The notes under the pieces were generated by a model that searched no databases, was not told the DNA's origin, and saw nothing but the letters and a program-made list of their open reading frames with translations. Position numbers and translations under genes: made by a program. Positions 26,661 to 39,533 of a DNA stretch of 64,000 nt are shown in pieces. The DNA is from Camelus dromedarius (lineage: Eukaryota): the NCBI RefSeq assembly GCF_036321535.1, contig NC_087437.1, positions 102,426,001 to 102,490,000 on the forward strand, given 5' to 3'. The number at the start of each line of letters is the position of its first letter. Position 1 is the first letter of the stretch.

Positions 26661-28827
26661 GAACAGAGCAACTTAAAAGCTTGGGTCACACTGTAGAGAA
26701 AACATACCTGGATAAAACCGACTGAAAAATTTCTTGTAACAGTTTTCATTATCTCTGTCTCTCCCCGTCCCTCCCTCTGTCTGCCACATACATGTGGGTG
26801 CGTGCACACACACACCACACACACATCCTCACACATGGACCACTTACAGTTGCCTGAGCCACTTATTTTTAAAAGAAAGAATACAAAACATCTTATTATT
26901 TGCCTTTAAAAATATCAGAAACAGCAAAGATAATCAAGGACATTACAAGTGTAGCCTTAAAACTGACATGTTTTAGTTTCATAACTACTGTTCCTTCTAT
27001 TAGCTAAAGTTGCTGTAGATAAATTGATAAAATATGAAACAATTATAAAAATATTTTAAAAGACAAATATTCATACATAAATACAGAGCATTGAGTAAAA
27101 ACCAAGAGAGAATGTAGAAACTGACATTTTCAGGCCTAATAAACTCTATATATGTTCTTGTAGAAGGAGTTAAATTTTCTTTTGTAAATTCCAGACAAGA
27201 TAACTGACTTTCACAATGGTTTATGCAGATTAGAACACACCATCGAGCCTCACATTATTGAGTTGTAACCTCTCAGGGAAACTGAACCTGTCAACTTCGC
27301 TTTCAACTCCTTCAAACTATCTAGTGATGTCTGTCCAGTGAGAAACCATAGAACTGGCTCATGGGACACCTCTGCGGCTGAATGAGTTAATGCAGCTTCG
27401 TAAAGTGCTTGCTCTCGTCTCTCACTGGGAAGCCTGGCTCATTGCACATCCAGAATGTGCAAAGCAATTTCCGCCTGCAGACAACAGGCAGATGGACTGC
27501 CTTGAAGACAGAAGTCCCTTGTTTACAAGCAAAACAAGTACAGAAATGCAGCCTAAGGGCAAATGCTCACAAACTGCCTGGGCAAGCTTTAGGTGGCCAA
27601 ATCCCCAAACTAACCTCATGTCCCAAGAGGGTAGATTTTGTTCTTAGAAATGATTATAGCATTCTTGATAATTGAATGTTTTCTATTGAAACAACAATTC
27701 GTTTAGCATGGAATAGGAAGCCCTTTAAAGAGATAGATCATGAGGGAAAGAATTAACTTTAATATAACAAATAAGCAGCACTAACATTGAAATGAAGATT
27801 ATAATACATTATAATGCTATGTAGAAAACATTGGAAAAACCCAAAGTAACTCAGTGCAAAGAGTAAACCTTAACAAGACAAATGCTTCTCTTTATTTTTT
27901 TTTTCAGTTATTTCCCCCAAATTATTTTCCACTTACTTAAAATTATACAAGTTATGTCATTGAAATTAGACAAAGTACAGAATAAGGTATTCTACACTTG
28001 TTGCTTAGAATAGTATCTTACAAGAGCAGGGGTAAAAGAACTGTTGTCCTATATGGTGACTTATATTTGAGAAAAATTCAAATGGTATCTTGTTTCCTAT
28101 ATGTATCTTTGGGGTAGGTTTATTACTACGTATTATATTTTACAATGACTTCTTCTCTTTCTCTTTTGATGCATCTTTTCTAGAACATCAGGATCTCTTG
28201 AGTTTGGGGAAATGAAATCAACTCATAATCATTCAACAGTACGGAACATTGCAGTGTTTATGGAGTGAAAACACAGCCATCTGGGAAGAGTTGGATCTGT
28301 AAAAACAGTGATTTAACTTAGAAAATTTTTAAACTTTAGCCTTGGAGGAGTAGATGCGTGTGTGTGTGTGCATTTGCACATACACAAATGATTGTTTAAA
28401 ATGGCCTGTTTATCTAAAGTGTAGACTTGGCATAAATCCTTGGGGATTTATTTTATAGTGTAAATAGTAAATGGTAAAGTTTTTAAAATTCGGATACCAT
28501 TATTAATAAGCTCTTCTCTTTTAGAGAAGAAATTTGTCCCTATCTGAATCAAGTCTATGAAACTTGAGCCATTGTTAAAACAACCATTTGAAAGATACTT
28601 ACCTTGAATATCTTCTTTAAATTTTAAGCTGTAGCTGCAGGGAACACCCGGTTATGCATGTTGAAGATAAGAATAATTCTGTTTTTTAAAAGAGGTAGAA
28701 ACTTCCAGCCTCACTAAGGAAAATAAGCCCTACGTGAATCAGCGTTTATGGAGAACCTACAAGTGCAAGCAGTTCTGCTAGACGGCATGAGGATCTGAGG
28801 AGAAATGAAACAGCTTCTCCAGGAGGG

Positions 28828-29105
28828 GAGATTCTCAACTTTCCCTGCACGTCAGAGGCACCTGGGGAGTCTTTCAAAATCCCAAACTTCAGGTCATAAG
28901 TAAGTCCAATTAAATCAGAATTTCAGGGGTGAAACTCAGGAATCAGCTCCCCCAAGTGATCGATGTGCAGCTCCGATGCCAGAGGGATTCTTCTCAAATT
29001 TTAATGGTCCTAAGTACCACCTGGGAGTCTTGATAAAAACGCATATCCTGACTGAGTAGCTCTGAGTGTTGCCTGGGAATTTACATTTTAACAAGTTCCC
29101 AGAAC
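28828..29105. mobile_element. Two MER5-like hAT-Charlie fragments
   Basis: ttctcaa...cacctggggag...aatcagaat and ttttaacaagttcccag motifs. Confidence 0.65.
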
Positions 29106-29906
29106 CAAGATAGGCCAGTATGGCTTTCTGCTCTTTCTGCTGGTGACTTTTCTTGTGTGAAATGATTAATTTTTAATCATGAAGTCTTCACTTGATTTAG
29201 CAAGTTATTTGTGGAAGCTGTTTGATACGATAATGATGGCGTCCCACGGAGATGATGTGTATTTCAGCTACCAAGGACCTAGTGTACTCCACGTCTTAAG
29301 AATCATTTAAAATTAACTTGATTGCTTAATGGTTTCTTGTGTCATCCAAACTGTGAATGTCAGCTTCAAATTAATATGTAGACCTGCTCAAGGATACAGT
29401 TTTTCGCAGACCTTCCCTATTTTCCAAGAAAAGTTTATTGCATCACTTGTAGTTCTGAGTGGGCAGTAGCGCACACATCGTAACTTCTGTAGCAAGATGC
29501 CAGCTACTCACCAAACACTTCTAATATTTTTCCTGAGCACATACCTAGATGTATTTTTCTCCTACCTTAAGTCTGGATGTGGCTATATAACTGGATTTGA
29601 GTAAATAAAATGTTAATAGAAGTGACACCTGATAATACTTATGAAAATTTCCACACACAGCCTTCTGTGCTTTTACTTGTTTACCAGCATTGGCAGTGTC
29701 CCCGGTAACTTGTGAAGCACGTCCATCGACTTCCCTTCCTCCCACCACTGTCACTCACCACTACTCTGCTCATATGAGAAATAACCTTGGAGTTTTTGAG
29801 CCATTTTACATTATGAAACTAAGACAGTATGATACTTAACTCCCAATCTTGGTTGGTCGTGAGGTTCATTTTTTTGTCTCTTAGGTACCAGAAATCTCTT
29901 TAAACC

Positions 29907-30378
29907 TTATGAGTTGAATAGTACACACACAAAAAATGTGTTGAAGTCCTAACTTCTGGCACCTGCGAATATAGCCTTACTCGGAAATAGGGTCATTGTA
30001 AATGTAATCAAGTTTAAATGAGGTCACTAGGGTGGACTCTAATGCAATATGACTGGTGTCCTTATAAAAAGAGGAAACCAGAAACAGACAACAGAAGGAA
30101 GAAGATATGAGTAGAAACAAGAGGAAAGCCATATTATGACAAAGGTACATATTGGAGTGATGCAGCTATGAGACAAGAAACTCCAAGGATTGCAGGCTAC
30201 TACCAGAGCAAGAAGAAGTAAGGAGTAAGTCAGAAGTAGGTCTATCCAGAGTCTCAGAGGGAGCCCCTGCTGACACCTTGATTTCAGACTGCTAGCCTCC
30301 AAAACTATGAGAAAATACATCTCTGTTGAGTCACCCAGTTTGAGGTACTTAGTGATGGCGGCCCTAGCCACTAACACA
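29907..30378 (+). mobile_element. MLT1C-like MaLR LTR
   Basis: gttgaagtcctaac...atgactggtgtccttataaaaagagg...ggccctagccactaacaca. Confidence 0.85.
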
Positions 30379-31819
30379 AAACCAAAGCACAATTTTGCAT
30401 GTTTGAAAACGCCCTAAGGACTTCAGCAAGTTCAGTGATGAGTTTTCTTCTCAAGGAATCTGATTTCTTTTACGTTTTGGCTAAATGATTCCTTCCTAAA
30501 TCTTCAGATGTGCAAATATATATAGCCCACCTTCTTTCCTACTGGTGAAATCTGAGAACTAAAACCATCTATATCTAACTGATTTTTCAGTCTAAACAGA
30601 ACTTTACTACTTCTTTTTCCCTATCATTGCACATTTACGTTTCGCGGCAGTTGCCAGTAACTTAATTGTTCATTCCCCAAACTTCCAGAGAACACTACCA
30701 TTTGAATAAACATAAAACTGTTCGATCCTCCAGCAGATAACATGAAATGGCACTTTTACTTCCCAAGATTGTCAGTCCCTTCACCTTTTTTAACAGGAAT
30801 ATTCTCTCTTCTTCTGTGAAGCTACACCTACTAACATAAAAAGAAGGGATCTGTTGTACAAATAGCATCACCAAAATAGTACTCTTCTGAAGATACCTTG
30901 AAGTCTTTCTCCATAATAGATCAAAGCTAATTTGGAATGAGACTACCTTACTCTTGTATCTAAATCAAGATCAAGTTAGATATCAAGTTGGCTGGGGCTT
31001 CTTGAGGGCAAAACATTCTAGGAACACAGGGAGGAGTATTAGGCCTGGACACGTTTTGCTTCAGATTGCCCCATCGAAAACTCTATTCAGACTCGCAAAA
31101 TAATCCTTTAAACTGGAAGCTAGAAAAGGACAAAATCCAATAGTGGAAAGCTTATACAATGGTAGATGCATACTTTGCATCAATCCTTGTAACATTCCTA
31201 TCCTCCGAGTCAGAAAATCCCAGAGTGCTGTTCTCAAGCAGAGTTTGTAGAAGGGATTTTAAATGTCCCTCTAATTCTACCCTTATCCAACGTGTAGATG
31301 ACGTTTCGTAGAACTCTACAAACGAAGTCAACTCTGAAATGGATTCCATCCATCCACGTAAACAGTCTCAGCTCAGAAAAGACAAAAGATTTCCAAAAAT
31401 AAGTGAAAATTTTGTCCAAAGTTCCTAACCTAGGACGTGACAGAGCAGCATATTGCAGTCCTGGAGCCAAACACTTACCTATAATGACATTACAGGGGCT
31501 GAAAGAGGAGAGAAGAGGATGAGAAAATAAGTTGCCCCAGTCCCTCTGGAACAGTGCTGCTCTCTTTTCTAAACTGAGTAATGTTTTTTTTTTTTTTTCC
31601 AGAAGAAAGATAGATAATGGAAAAGTTTATTTGCACATTCAGCCAGTCTTAGTTTGTCATTAGATCAACATAGACGTGCAACATATCAGAGCAACTGAAT
31701 ATAAAATGCAATCGGTTTGACCTCATTAAGTTTTAGGATATAGTATAATTTTTTAAAAATATACCTTTCTGTTATATCTAAATCAGAACTTGTCTTATTA
31801 TGGCAAATTTTTATCACTG

Positions 31820-32235
31820 TGTTATGGGTGAATTATGTCTCCTTGCCCCCAGTTCACGTGTTGAAGCCCTAAGCCTCCAACCCCCAGTACCTCAGAGTGT
31901 GACTGTATTTGGAGATAAGGCCTTTAAAGAGAATTATGTTAAAATGAGGCTGTTAGGGTGGACCCTAATCCAGTCTGGCTGGTGTCCTTTTAAGAGGAAA
32001 TTTGAACACGCAAAACAAACACCAGGGATCCATGAACATGGAGGAAAGGCCGTGTGATTAGGACTCAGTGAGAATATAGCTGTCTGAAAGCCAAGGAGGG
32101 GGGCTCAAAAGAAATCAGACTTGCCAACACCTTGGTCTTGGACACTCAGGCTGCAGCACAGAAGGAAAATTAATTTTTGTTTTTTAAGCCACCCAATCTG
32201 AGGTATTATTATGGCAGCCTTAGCAAGTGAATACA
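31820..32235 (+). mobile_element. MLT1B-like MaLR LTR
   Basis: tgttatgggtgaatt...gtgactgtatttggagataagg...atggcagccttagcaagtgaataca. Confidence 0.85.
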
Positions 32236-33409
32236 TATTATTTATCAGCTAAGTGACTGTATTTATCAACACCACCATTTAACACTTGATTTTATCATCT
32301 TTAATTATGATAAACCTGGTTTGGCTTGTTGCAAAAAAAGCATAGATTTAAATTGGCTTTATGTTTTGTTGAAATAAAGACAAAAAAATTTAACACAAAA
32401 ATGCTACTTTTCACAAGAAATCAGTTACATATTATCTATTATATATTTCATTTTAAAAGGGAAGAAAATTACTATTAAAACCACATGGTATCTTGAGGGC
32501 ATTGATGTCATTTTTCTACCTTTGAAGAATATAGTGCAGTAATATTTTTTATGAAAAACAAAAGGTCCTCACTGGAGAAAAAATGTATTATCAAAAATTT
32601 AGTTCACTGAAATAAATATGTGTGTTTCCCCATTAATCATCCAGTGGTAGCTTTTAAGATCAATATAAGGTATCAACAAAGTGAAAATGTTACATATTTT
32701 CACTGCATATCAGATTTATCAGATGATGAATTTTGAAAATTCACTCTACATTTCTATGATTATTTTTCCTTTTTCTATCTTCCACAATGAAAAAAATAAT
32801 CTATGTGCTATCAAGGTCTTTGTCTAATTCACTAATATATTGTCAGCACCTGGATAGCATCTGGGATATAATAGGTACAAAATTGTCATTGTTAAATAAG
32901 GATTTGATATTTATTGAACACTATTTTGCTCCTCTTGGGAATAACCTCTTTCCATTTAATGTAGATATTTTAAAGTTCACATATTTACATTAAAATACTT
33001 GTCTTTTCACTGGAAAATTATGCTTTTTTTAACCATATGGACCTTGAAAATCAGGCAGAAAAAGAAGACAATATTTCCAGTAAATACTGTCATATGAGAC
33101 AAATGTATTTACTAAACCAAAAATGGAACTCACTTAAGCACTCATATGCTTCAAAATAAGTTTCACTTTGACAAAATGCATACTAATAGAAATAAAAATC
33201 TACAGATAATTTTGACATTTATTCTCCTTAGAAATACTAGATAGAATGAGGAAACTTTTAAGCACTGGGAAATCAGAAAAGAAAAAAGGATAACACGTGG
33301 TGTTTTTTCTGTTATTTTTTTTTAATCTCAAACAGCTCACAATCTGCACGTTGAGCAACATATATGAATAAACACTTGTAGTACAGCAATGATAATTATC
33401 ATTTGCTGA

Positions 33410-33630
33410 TCATTTAATAAGCACTGTATATCATTCAAAACATTCATATCTGTTTCCTTATTTAGTCATTAATACTCTGTGGCATATTATTATTACTCCT
33501 AATGTATAGATAGAAAAACTCAACAACTGAGGGCCTAGTAATTTGCTGATACTATAGACTCTTGGAATTTCACACCTGGTACTCAAACCTAGGCAATCAG
33601 TCCTCAGTGCCTCACATCTTAAATACTATA
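33410..33630 (-). mobile_element. MIR fragment
   Basis: tattattactcctaatgtatagatagaaaaact...tcaaacctaggca core. Confidence 0.55.
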
Positions 33631-34199
33631 CCAGAAAAGCAAAGAAAAAGCTTAAAATCTGCCAGGGGCTGGAGGGAGAGTTAGATATAGTGGAACGTTG
33701 TTACAAGACTGATTTCTCTTTAGAATCAATAAAGACTAGAAGATAATAGAATCGCATGATCACATGTTTAGAGTTCTGAAAGCTAAAAAAAAACCAAAAA
33801 ACTGTCAACCCCAAAATTATCTATCTAGTGGAACAATTCTTTAAAATGATGCCAAAACAAAAGCATTTTAAGAGAGAAATGCTGTAGAGAATTTGTTTCC
33901 TGCAGAAGTGAACTATAGTTCATTAGAAATGGTCAACAAAGTTCTTCAGAATGAAGAGAAATTATACCAAATAGAAATGCAGATCTGCAGGAAGAAAAAA
34001 GAGTAGTTGGAAAGTTAAAATTGAGGATAACTATAAATTACCTCTTAGTCATCTTTTATGAGTGTGTGTGTATGTCTATTTGCATATATTAGAAATTCTT
34101 AAAAATATTATTGATTCGAGCAAAAATGATACAAATATATTCTGGGGATTGTATCATACAGAGAAATAAAATATATGAAAGCAAAATTACAAAGGGCAG

Positions 34200-34341
34200 G
34201 GAGGAGGATATAGCTCAAGTGGTAGAGCACATGCCTAGCATGCATAAGGTCCTGGATTCAATCCCCAGTACCTCCTCCAAAAACAAATAAACCTAATTAC
34301 CTCCCTCCCCCCACCAAAAAATACAAATTAAAATTTTAAAA
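34200..34341 (+). mobile_element. tRNA-Ala-derived SINE (camelid Vic-1-like)
   Basis: Head resembles tRNA-Ala(AGC) with A box tagctcaagtgg and B box ggattcaatcc; A-rich tail; 17-bp TSD with 2 mismatches (34183-34199/34342-34358). Confidence 0.9.
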
Positions 34342-34476
34342 AAAATGACATAGGGCAGAGAAAGGCATAAGTGGAATTACATCACTGCAAGTTCATACAT
34401 TGTTGTTGAAATAGTATTATTTGATGGATGATTCAATATGATAAATTAAATATTCATACTATAAACTCAAGAATAA

Positions 34477-34690
34477 CACTGTCCAATGAACTTTCTGTGA
34501 TGATGAAGTATTCTATTAATCTGTGCTGCCCAATCTTGTAACCACTAGTTACATGTGGTTAGTATGCATCTAAAGGTGCCTAATGCAGCTGCAGAACTGA
34601 ATTTTCAATGTTATTTAATTTTAATTAATTTAAATTTTGATTTAAAAGACTGCATATGGCTAGTGGCTACTCTTAGACCATCCAGCTCTA
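34477..34690 (+). mobile_element. MER3-like hAT element
   Basis: ctgtccaatgaactttctgtgatgatg...atatggctagtggctac. Confidence 0.8.
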
Positions 34691-36640
34691 AAGCAGTCAC
34701 TACAATAAAATAAAAAGAAGAAATATAGTCTAAATGATAATAGAGCAGATAAAAGGGAATAATAAATGATAATTATTCCAAAAAATGGGGGAGGAATAAG
34801 GAGGAAAAGGAATGAAGGACTGCTACAACCAAACCCCAACAAATATAAAGATGTTAGACTTATAAACACATAGTATTAATAATCTGATCATGCAAATAAA
34901 TTAACTACTGCAATTAAAAAATGGCAAGCACTTTTACACTAGAGAAGAAAGCAATGCTCCAAGGGTGAAAAAAAAACAAAACACAGAAACACAAACATTA
35001 AATATAAAGACACGAAGAGATGGCAAAATAAATATCAGAAAAGTACACATCAAACATAAGTAATCTGGTATAGCTATATGTAATAAGAAAAACTATTTGT
35101 CAAAAACTCACTATTGATAAAGTAAGAGCATTTCCTAAAAGTGTCAATTCATCAATAAGACGTAAAAAATCTAAATAGGCATGCATGTGATGGCCAAGAT
35201 TCAAAGATGTGTGAAAAAAAATGACAAATCCACAGCCATAAAGAGAGATTTTTAGTAATTGATAGACAAGTAGATACATAACTAATAAGAAGAGAGGAGT
35301 TCATTGACCTAATTGACATTGACAGAATACCCAAATGCATAATCACTTTTCTTTCGATAAACATTGAATATTCACCCACACAGGTAACATGCTGAGATAT
35401 ACATTAAGTTGCAATACATTTCAAAAGATTGATGTTATTCGAAGTTTGTATTCTTAGTGAATAGAATTAAATCAAAAATCAATAACTGTAAGAAATCTAG
35501 AAAATTGTCAAGTATTTGGTGACGTAGCCATACAGTTTTACAAAAAATATGGGTCAAAAATTGCCTAAAGAGACTATAGAAAATGTTTCAAATTGAAAAG
35601 ATGGAGGAAGAAGATAGACTATTATCATAAAAGATATCAGAAAAAAATTTTAAGTTAAATTGTAAACCCCCCAAAAGATGTGATTATTTTCTATTATATA
35701 GCTATCTTGGAATTATCAGGACAGTGAAATACTACAGTGCATTTAAAGAAAAATAAAAGCATGAAAATAGATCTACAAATTATAGACTACCTTTTCAAAT
35801 AATATTTTAAAGTTTTTTTTTTAATGGATAGAATAGACATAGTATTGTAGCTCAAGGAGGGGCTGTGGTTGAAACACATAACATTTTTAGAATTTAAGAC
35901 CTCTGTGTGATTTCATATGTAGATATAGGTAAAAACCTATTGGAGAACAATTGATTGAATATATATACAAATCTTGAAATGATACGGATGGTTAAATGAA
36001 TCAATAATGTGGGGTTGTTTAGAATGAAGGCCATGTTTAGAAAGTTAACTTACCACGAGTTCAAATAATATTTGGCTTTATGATAGCTAAGGAAATAAAG
36101 ACAGATAATAGTAATCATACATTTGTAAGTAGAATAGAAGTTGGACAGATCTGCACATAGTTTCTCAAGACAAGAGATATTGGGTCATCAACTGAGATGT
36201 TCTGAGCAGGGGTAAAAGCAGAACAACTAATACAATGAGAGGAATTCAGATTCAACAGCATTACTGTGACATGGGAGCAGCAGCTGCTTAAAATCATATA
36301 ATGGGGGTTATAGACACAGAGTGAATCATCTGGCTGCAGGACAAAGCTAAAGATTTTCCTATGGAAATTTTGCCATTTATTCAATCTCCCCAAGTTAAGG
36401 GAAAAATGTACAAAAACATATCATCTAAACAATCATTTCAAAAATTTATTTGGATCTTTTACAGAAGTATCAATCTTCACTAGAAAGATTATAAAAGGGT
36501 CTGCTTTCAACGCATTTATTTCCCATCCCTTCATTGTATTTTATAAAGGTGACCAATTTCAAGTCCTCAAGAATGATTTAGTCTAAAATGGATTTTGTCT
36601 TATTCCAAAGAACATTGGCATAAATGTAGGTGTTTGTGGC

Positions 36641-36699
<59 letters not shown>

Positions 36700-36760
36700 A
36701 CTAAACATTGTAAACTAAAAACATACATATATGTGTGTGTGTGTATATATATATATATGT
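36641..36760. repeat. (TACA)n/(TA)n/(TG)n compound microsatellite
   Basis: About 20 TA units at 36655-36696 plus a second TG/TA block. Confidence 0.95.
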
Positions 36761-37781
36761 AATAAATATGTTTTTAGTTTTCAATGTCTAGTGATTGTGA
36801 TACTTAACATTAAATTCTGATTTTCAGCTTTTCTAGACAAATTCTGAAGGTCTGTGAACATGATCTCCAATATACTCAACTTTTATAGAGGTAATTATTT
36901 GGACAAAAGCAGGACCTACTGTTTTAAATGGGCTTGTGTTCTACTTTTTAACACAATTCTTACTGCTTACTACTCTTCCTAAGTGCTAGTTACTTCTCAT
37001 GGCTCTTGAACCATCGTTTGTACCACGATAGATTTAGGAAAAAGGAAATTATATCTTGATTTGTTGAGTTGTAAAGGACATGTGTAAGATAAGATAAAAT
37101 TTTCATTAAAAGGCAAAAAAGTAGGTCTGTATAAATATTCATATACACACACGTATGTACATACACACATATATATGTACACTCATGCATACATTATATA
37201 TACACAAACATGCAACTTTTGTCAATAAGTACCTTCATTCATTCATGTTACTTGCATAGCCCCATTGTTACAATTTTTATTTTAAATCTGTTTAGACAAA
37301 CATACACAAGCATGTGCAGAGATAAAAGTAAGTTTTGGCAAAGACAACAATCAAAATAAGATGAGGGCTATTTATTTGTTCTGTCTTCTGCAGATACTGG
37401 AATGTTGGCTTAGTCAGGCTAAATTCTTCCCATGTATCTGATTAACACAGATAAAGAAGTTGAGTGCAGAACATTAAGAGGGCAATCAGCTGATTAAGAA
37501 TGCCTAAACCAAAGACTTTCACAGTTTATACCCAAGTCTAAGTATTGCTAATTAATGTTTATTTCTCAGATATAAGATAATTGGAATTTGTGGGGATAAA
37601 GCCCTAAGATCTTTACATACTTCCACATATTAAAAAAAAGGCCCTAAGCATATAATATCCTTAGTACTGCCAATAAATATTACTACTACTAAATATCCAA
37701 CGTTCAGAAAGTGTTTATGTGACTAGAGATGTTCAAAGGCTTTCTATACAGTAAACCAGTGAACACTCAAAAAATCCTTTG

Positions 37782-37890
37782 TCTGAGTTACTTCACTTAA
37801 TATGATTATCTCTAGATCCATCCACGTTGCTTCAAATGCTATCCATCAGAAACTAACACAACATTGTAAGTCAACTATATTTCAATCAAA
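37782..37890 (+). mobile_element. Tiny 5'-inverted L1 insertion
   Basis: Antisense ORF2-end piece fused to the sense L1 terminus; TSD-like aaaaatcctttg/aaagattctttg. Confidence 0.7.
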
Positions 37891-38046
37891 AAAGATTCTT
37901 TGACGCAATTACAATTGAGCTGTATTTTAAGAAAAGGAAGATAGAGAATAAATGGTTGAGTCAAACAGAAACTAAGGAGTGGAATCAGGGTTTTGAACCT
38001 AGACCCACCACTGGTAGAATCAAATACAGCTCTCGCTTTGAGTCAT

Positions 38047-38306
38047 TGTTACCCAATGGCTGCTCAGCACTCAAAAAGAAAAAAGAAGACACTAATGAAC
38101 TCATCTACAAAACAGAAACAGACTCGCAGACATAGTAAACAATCTTATGGTTAGTTGGGGAAAAGGGATGGGAAAGAATAAATTTGGGAGTTTGAGATTT
38201 ACAAATGTTAACCACTATATATAAAAATAGATTAAAAAACCAAATTTCTTCTGTATAGCACAGGGAACTATATTCAATATGTTGTAATAACCTTTAATGA
38301 AAATGA

Positions 38307-38339
<33 letters not shown>

Positions 38340-39533
38340 TGACTGGAACATTATGCTGTACACCAGAAATGGACACATTGTAACTGACTATACTTCAATT
38401 AAAAAAAAGAAAGAAAGAAAGAAGATCAATAACAAGAGGCAATTGTTGGTGGAAAAGAAAGTTGCTTTTAATCATAATGCCAGAATCTGGGGAGAAGGGG
38501 GACTCATGTCTCCCCAAAACCAGCTCCCCAGATTCTGCTCAGCCGTGAAACTTTTTAAAGGGAAGGAAAGTAATCTCAGTTAATCATTGAGATAGGGGGT
38601 CAGATTCGTTGCCATCCCCCACTATGTGCAGGTTTGTCAATTTCTTGGGATCTTTCCGTAGATGCTATCTTGTTCACACAGCCTGTTCACCAGATTACTC
38701 AAGGGGAAGCTAAGGAAGAGATCTGGTAACCTGTTAATTACTTATTTATTTTATTTATAAATTACTTATATTTTTTATTTCTACTTCTTTGATCTATGGG
38801 AAGAACCAACAGATTAGGCAAAGTATTGTGTGATCAAAAGATTTGAAAGGTGTGTTAGGGCCAGAGATGAGTAGAGCATGGGGGCACCTGATTTAAAAGT
38901 TACAGGTAGCTTTGCTAAAGGGACAAGGCAAAAGGGATTTCCTGCTGAGGGCGAGTTCCTGCAAAGAGCTGCTTGCTAATCCCCACCTCCATCAGATTTC
39001 ACTCCAATTCTATGTGGTTAGGGATGAAGTTTCATCTTTCGTAACTGCTTCATGCTCAGAAAGGGCATCAAGGTCTTAGGGTTTGAAGCATCTCTTTGCT
39101 GACAGTTTTAGTTGCCCTCTTACATATACAAGCAGAACAAGCTGTAATTATTTTGATGCCCACAAAGGTATGGATTATTATGAGCAATAATGTTAACCCC
39201 GTTTTCTGGAGGCCAGCTCTTGGAATCGTGCTAGCAGTATATTCAGCAATGCTCAAGATGGAGCAGCTCATGTCTTGGCTGTAGTCTGGTCGCTGTGCAG
39301 TTAGCTCTTTCCCCTCTGGTGGCAGTTACTGTAGCTGTAAAACAACTCAGGAATGTGCATCAGACAGTGAGTCTGTGACTCCACTGTCCTCATCATTAAC
39401 TGCTTGAACCTGCTCTTTTGTGACTCAGGGAAGCCAGGGAGATTTCAGCTTTTCTACAAACTCCAGGTAGGGGACATAGACGGCCTTTGTGCTTGGGAAT
39501 GAGGGACGGAGTGCAGGGTTCTGTTCAGTTCCA
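38047..39533 (-). mobile_element. Long solo ERV1 LTR containing an L1 insert
   Basis: tgttaccc...cagttcca ends, perfect 4-bp TSD TCAT, minus-strand ATTAAA ~38466. Confidence 0.85.
38075..38420 (+). mobile_element. L1 3'UTR with A/GAAA tail nested in the LTR
   Basis: atgaactcatctacaaaacagaaacagactc...ctatacttcaattaaaaaaaa. Confidence 0.9.

Larger units (their letters stand above)
33740..35600 (+). mobile_element. Old L1 ORF1-ORF2 junction, interrupted by a SINE and MER3
   Basis: aactgtcaaccccaaaatt ORF1 motif; endonuclease-region relics. Confidence 0.65.

Noticed and set aside
27390..27675. Three overlapping short ORFs
   Set aside because: Explained by locally higher GC; no recognised homology
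30039..30392. 117-aa hydrophobic ORF
   Set aside because: It is the antisense reading of an MLT1C LTR
34204..34277. tRNA-Ala(AGC) gene
   Set aside because: The T-arm/B box is mutated (ggattcaa), and an A-rich tail plus TSD show it is a SINE head
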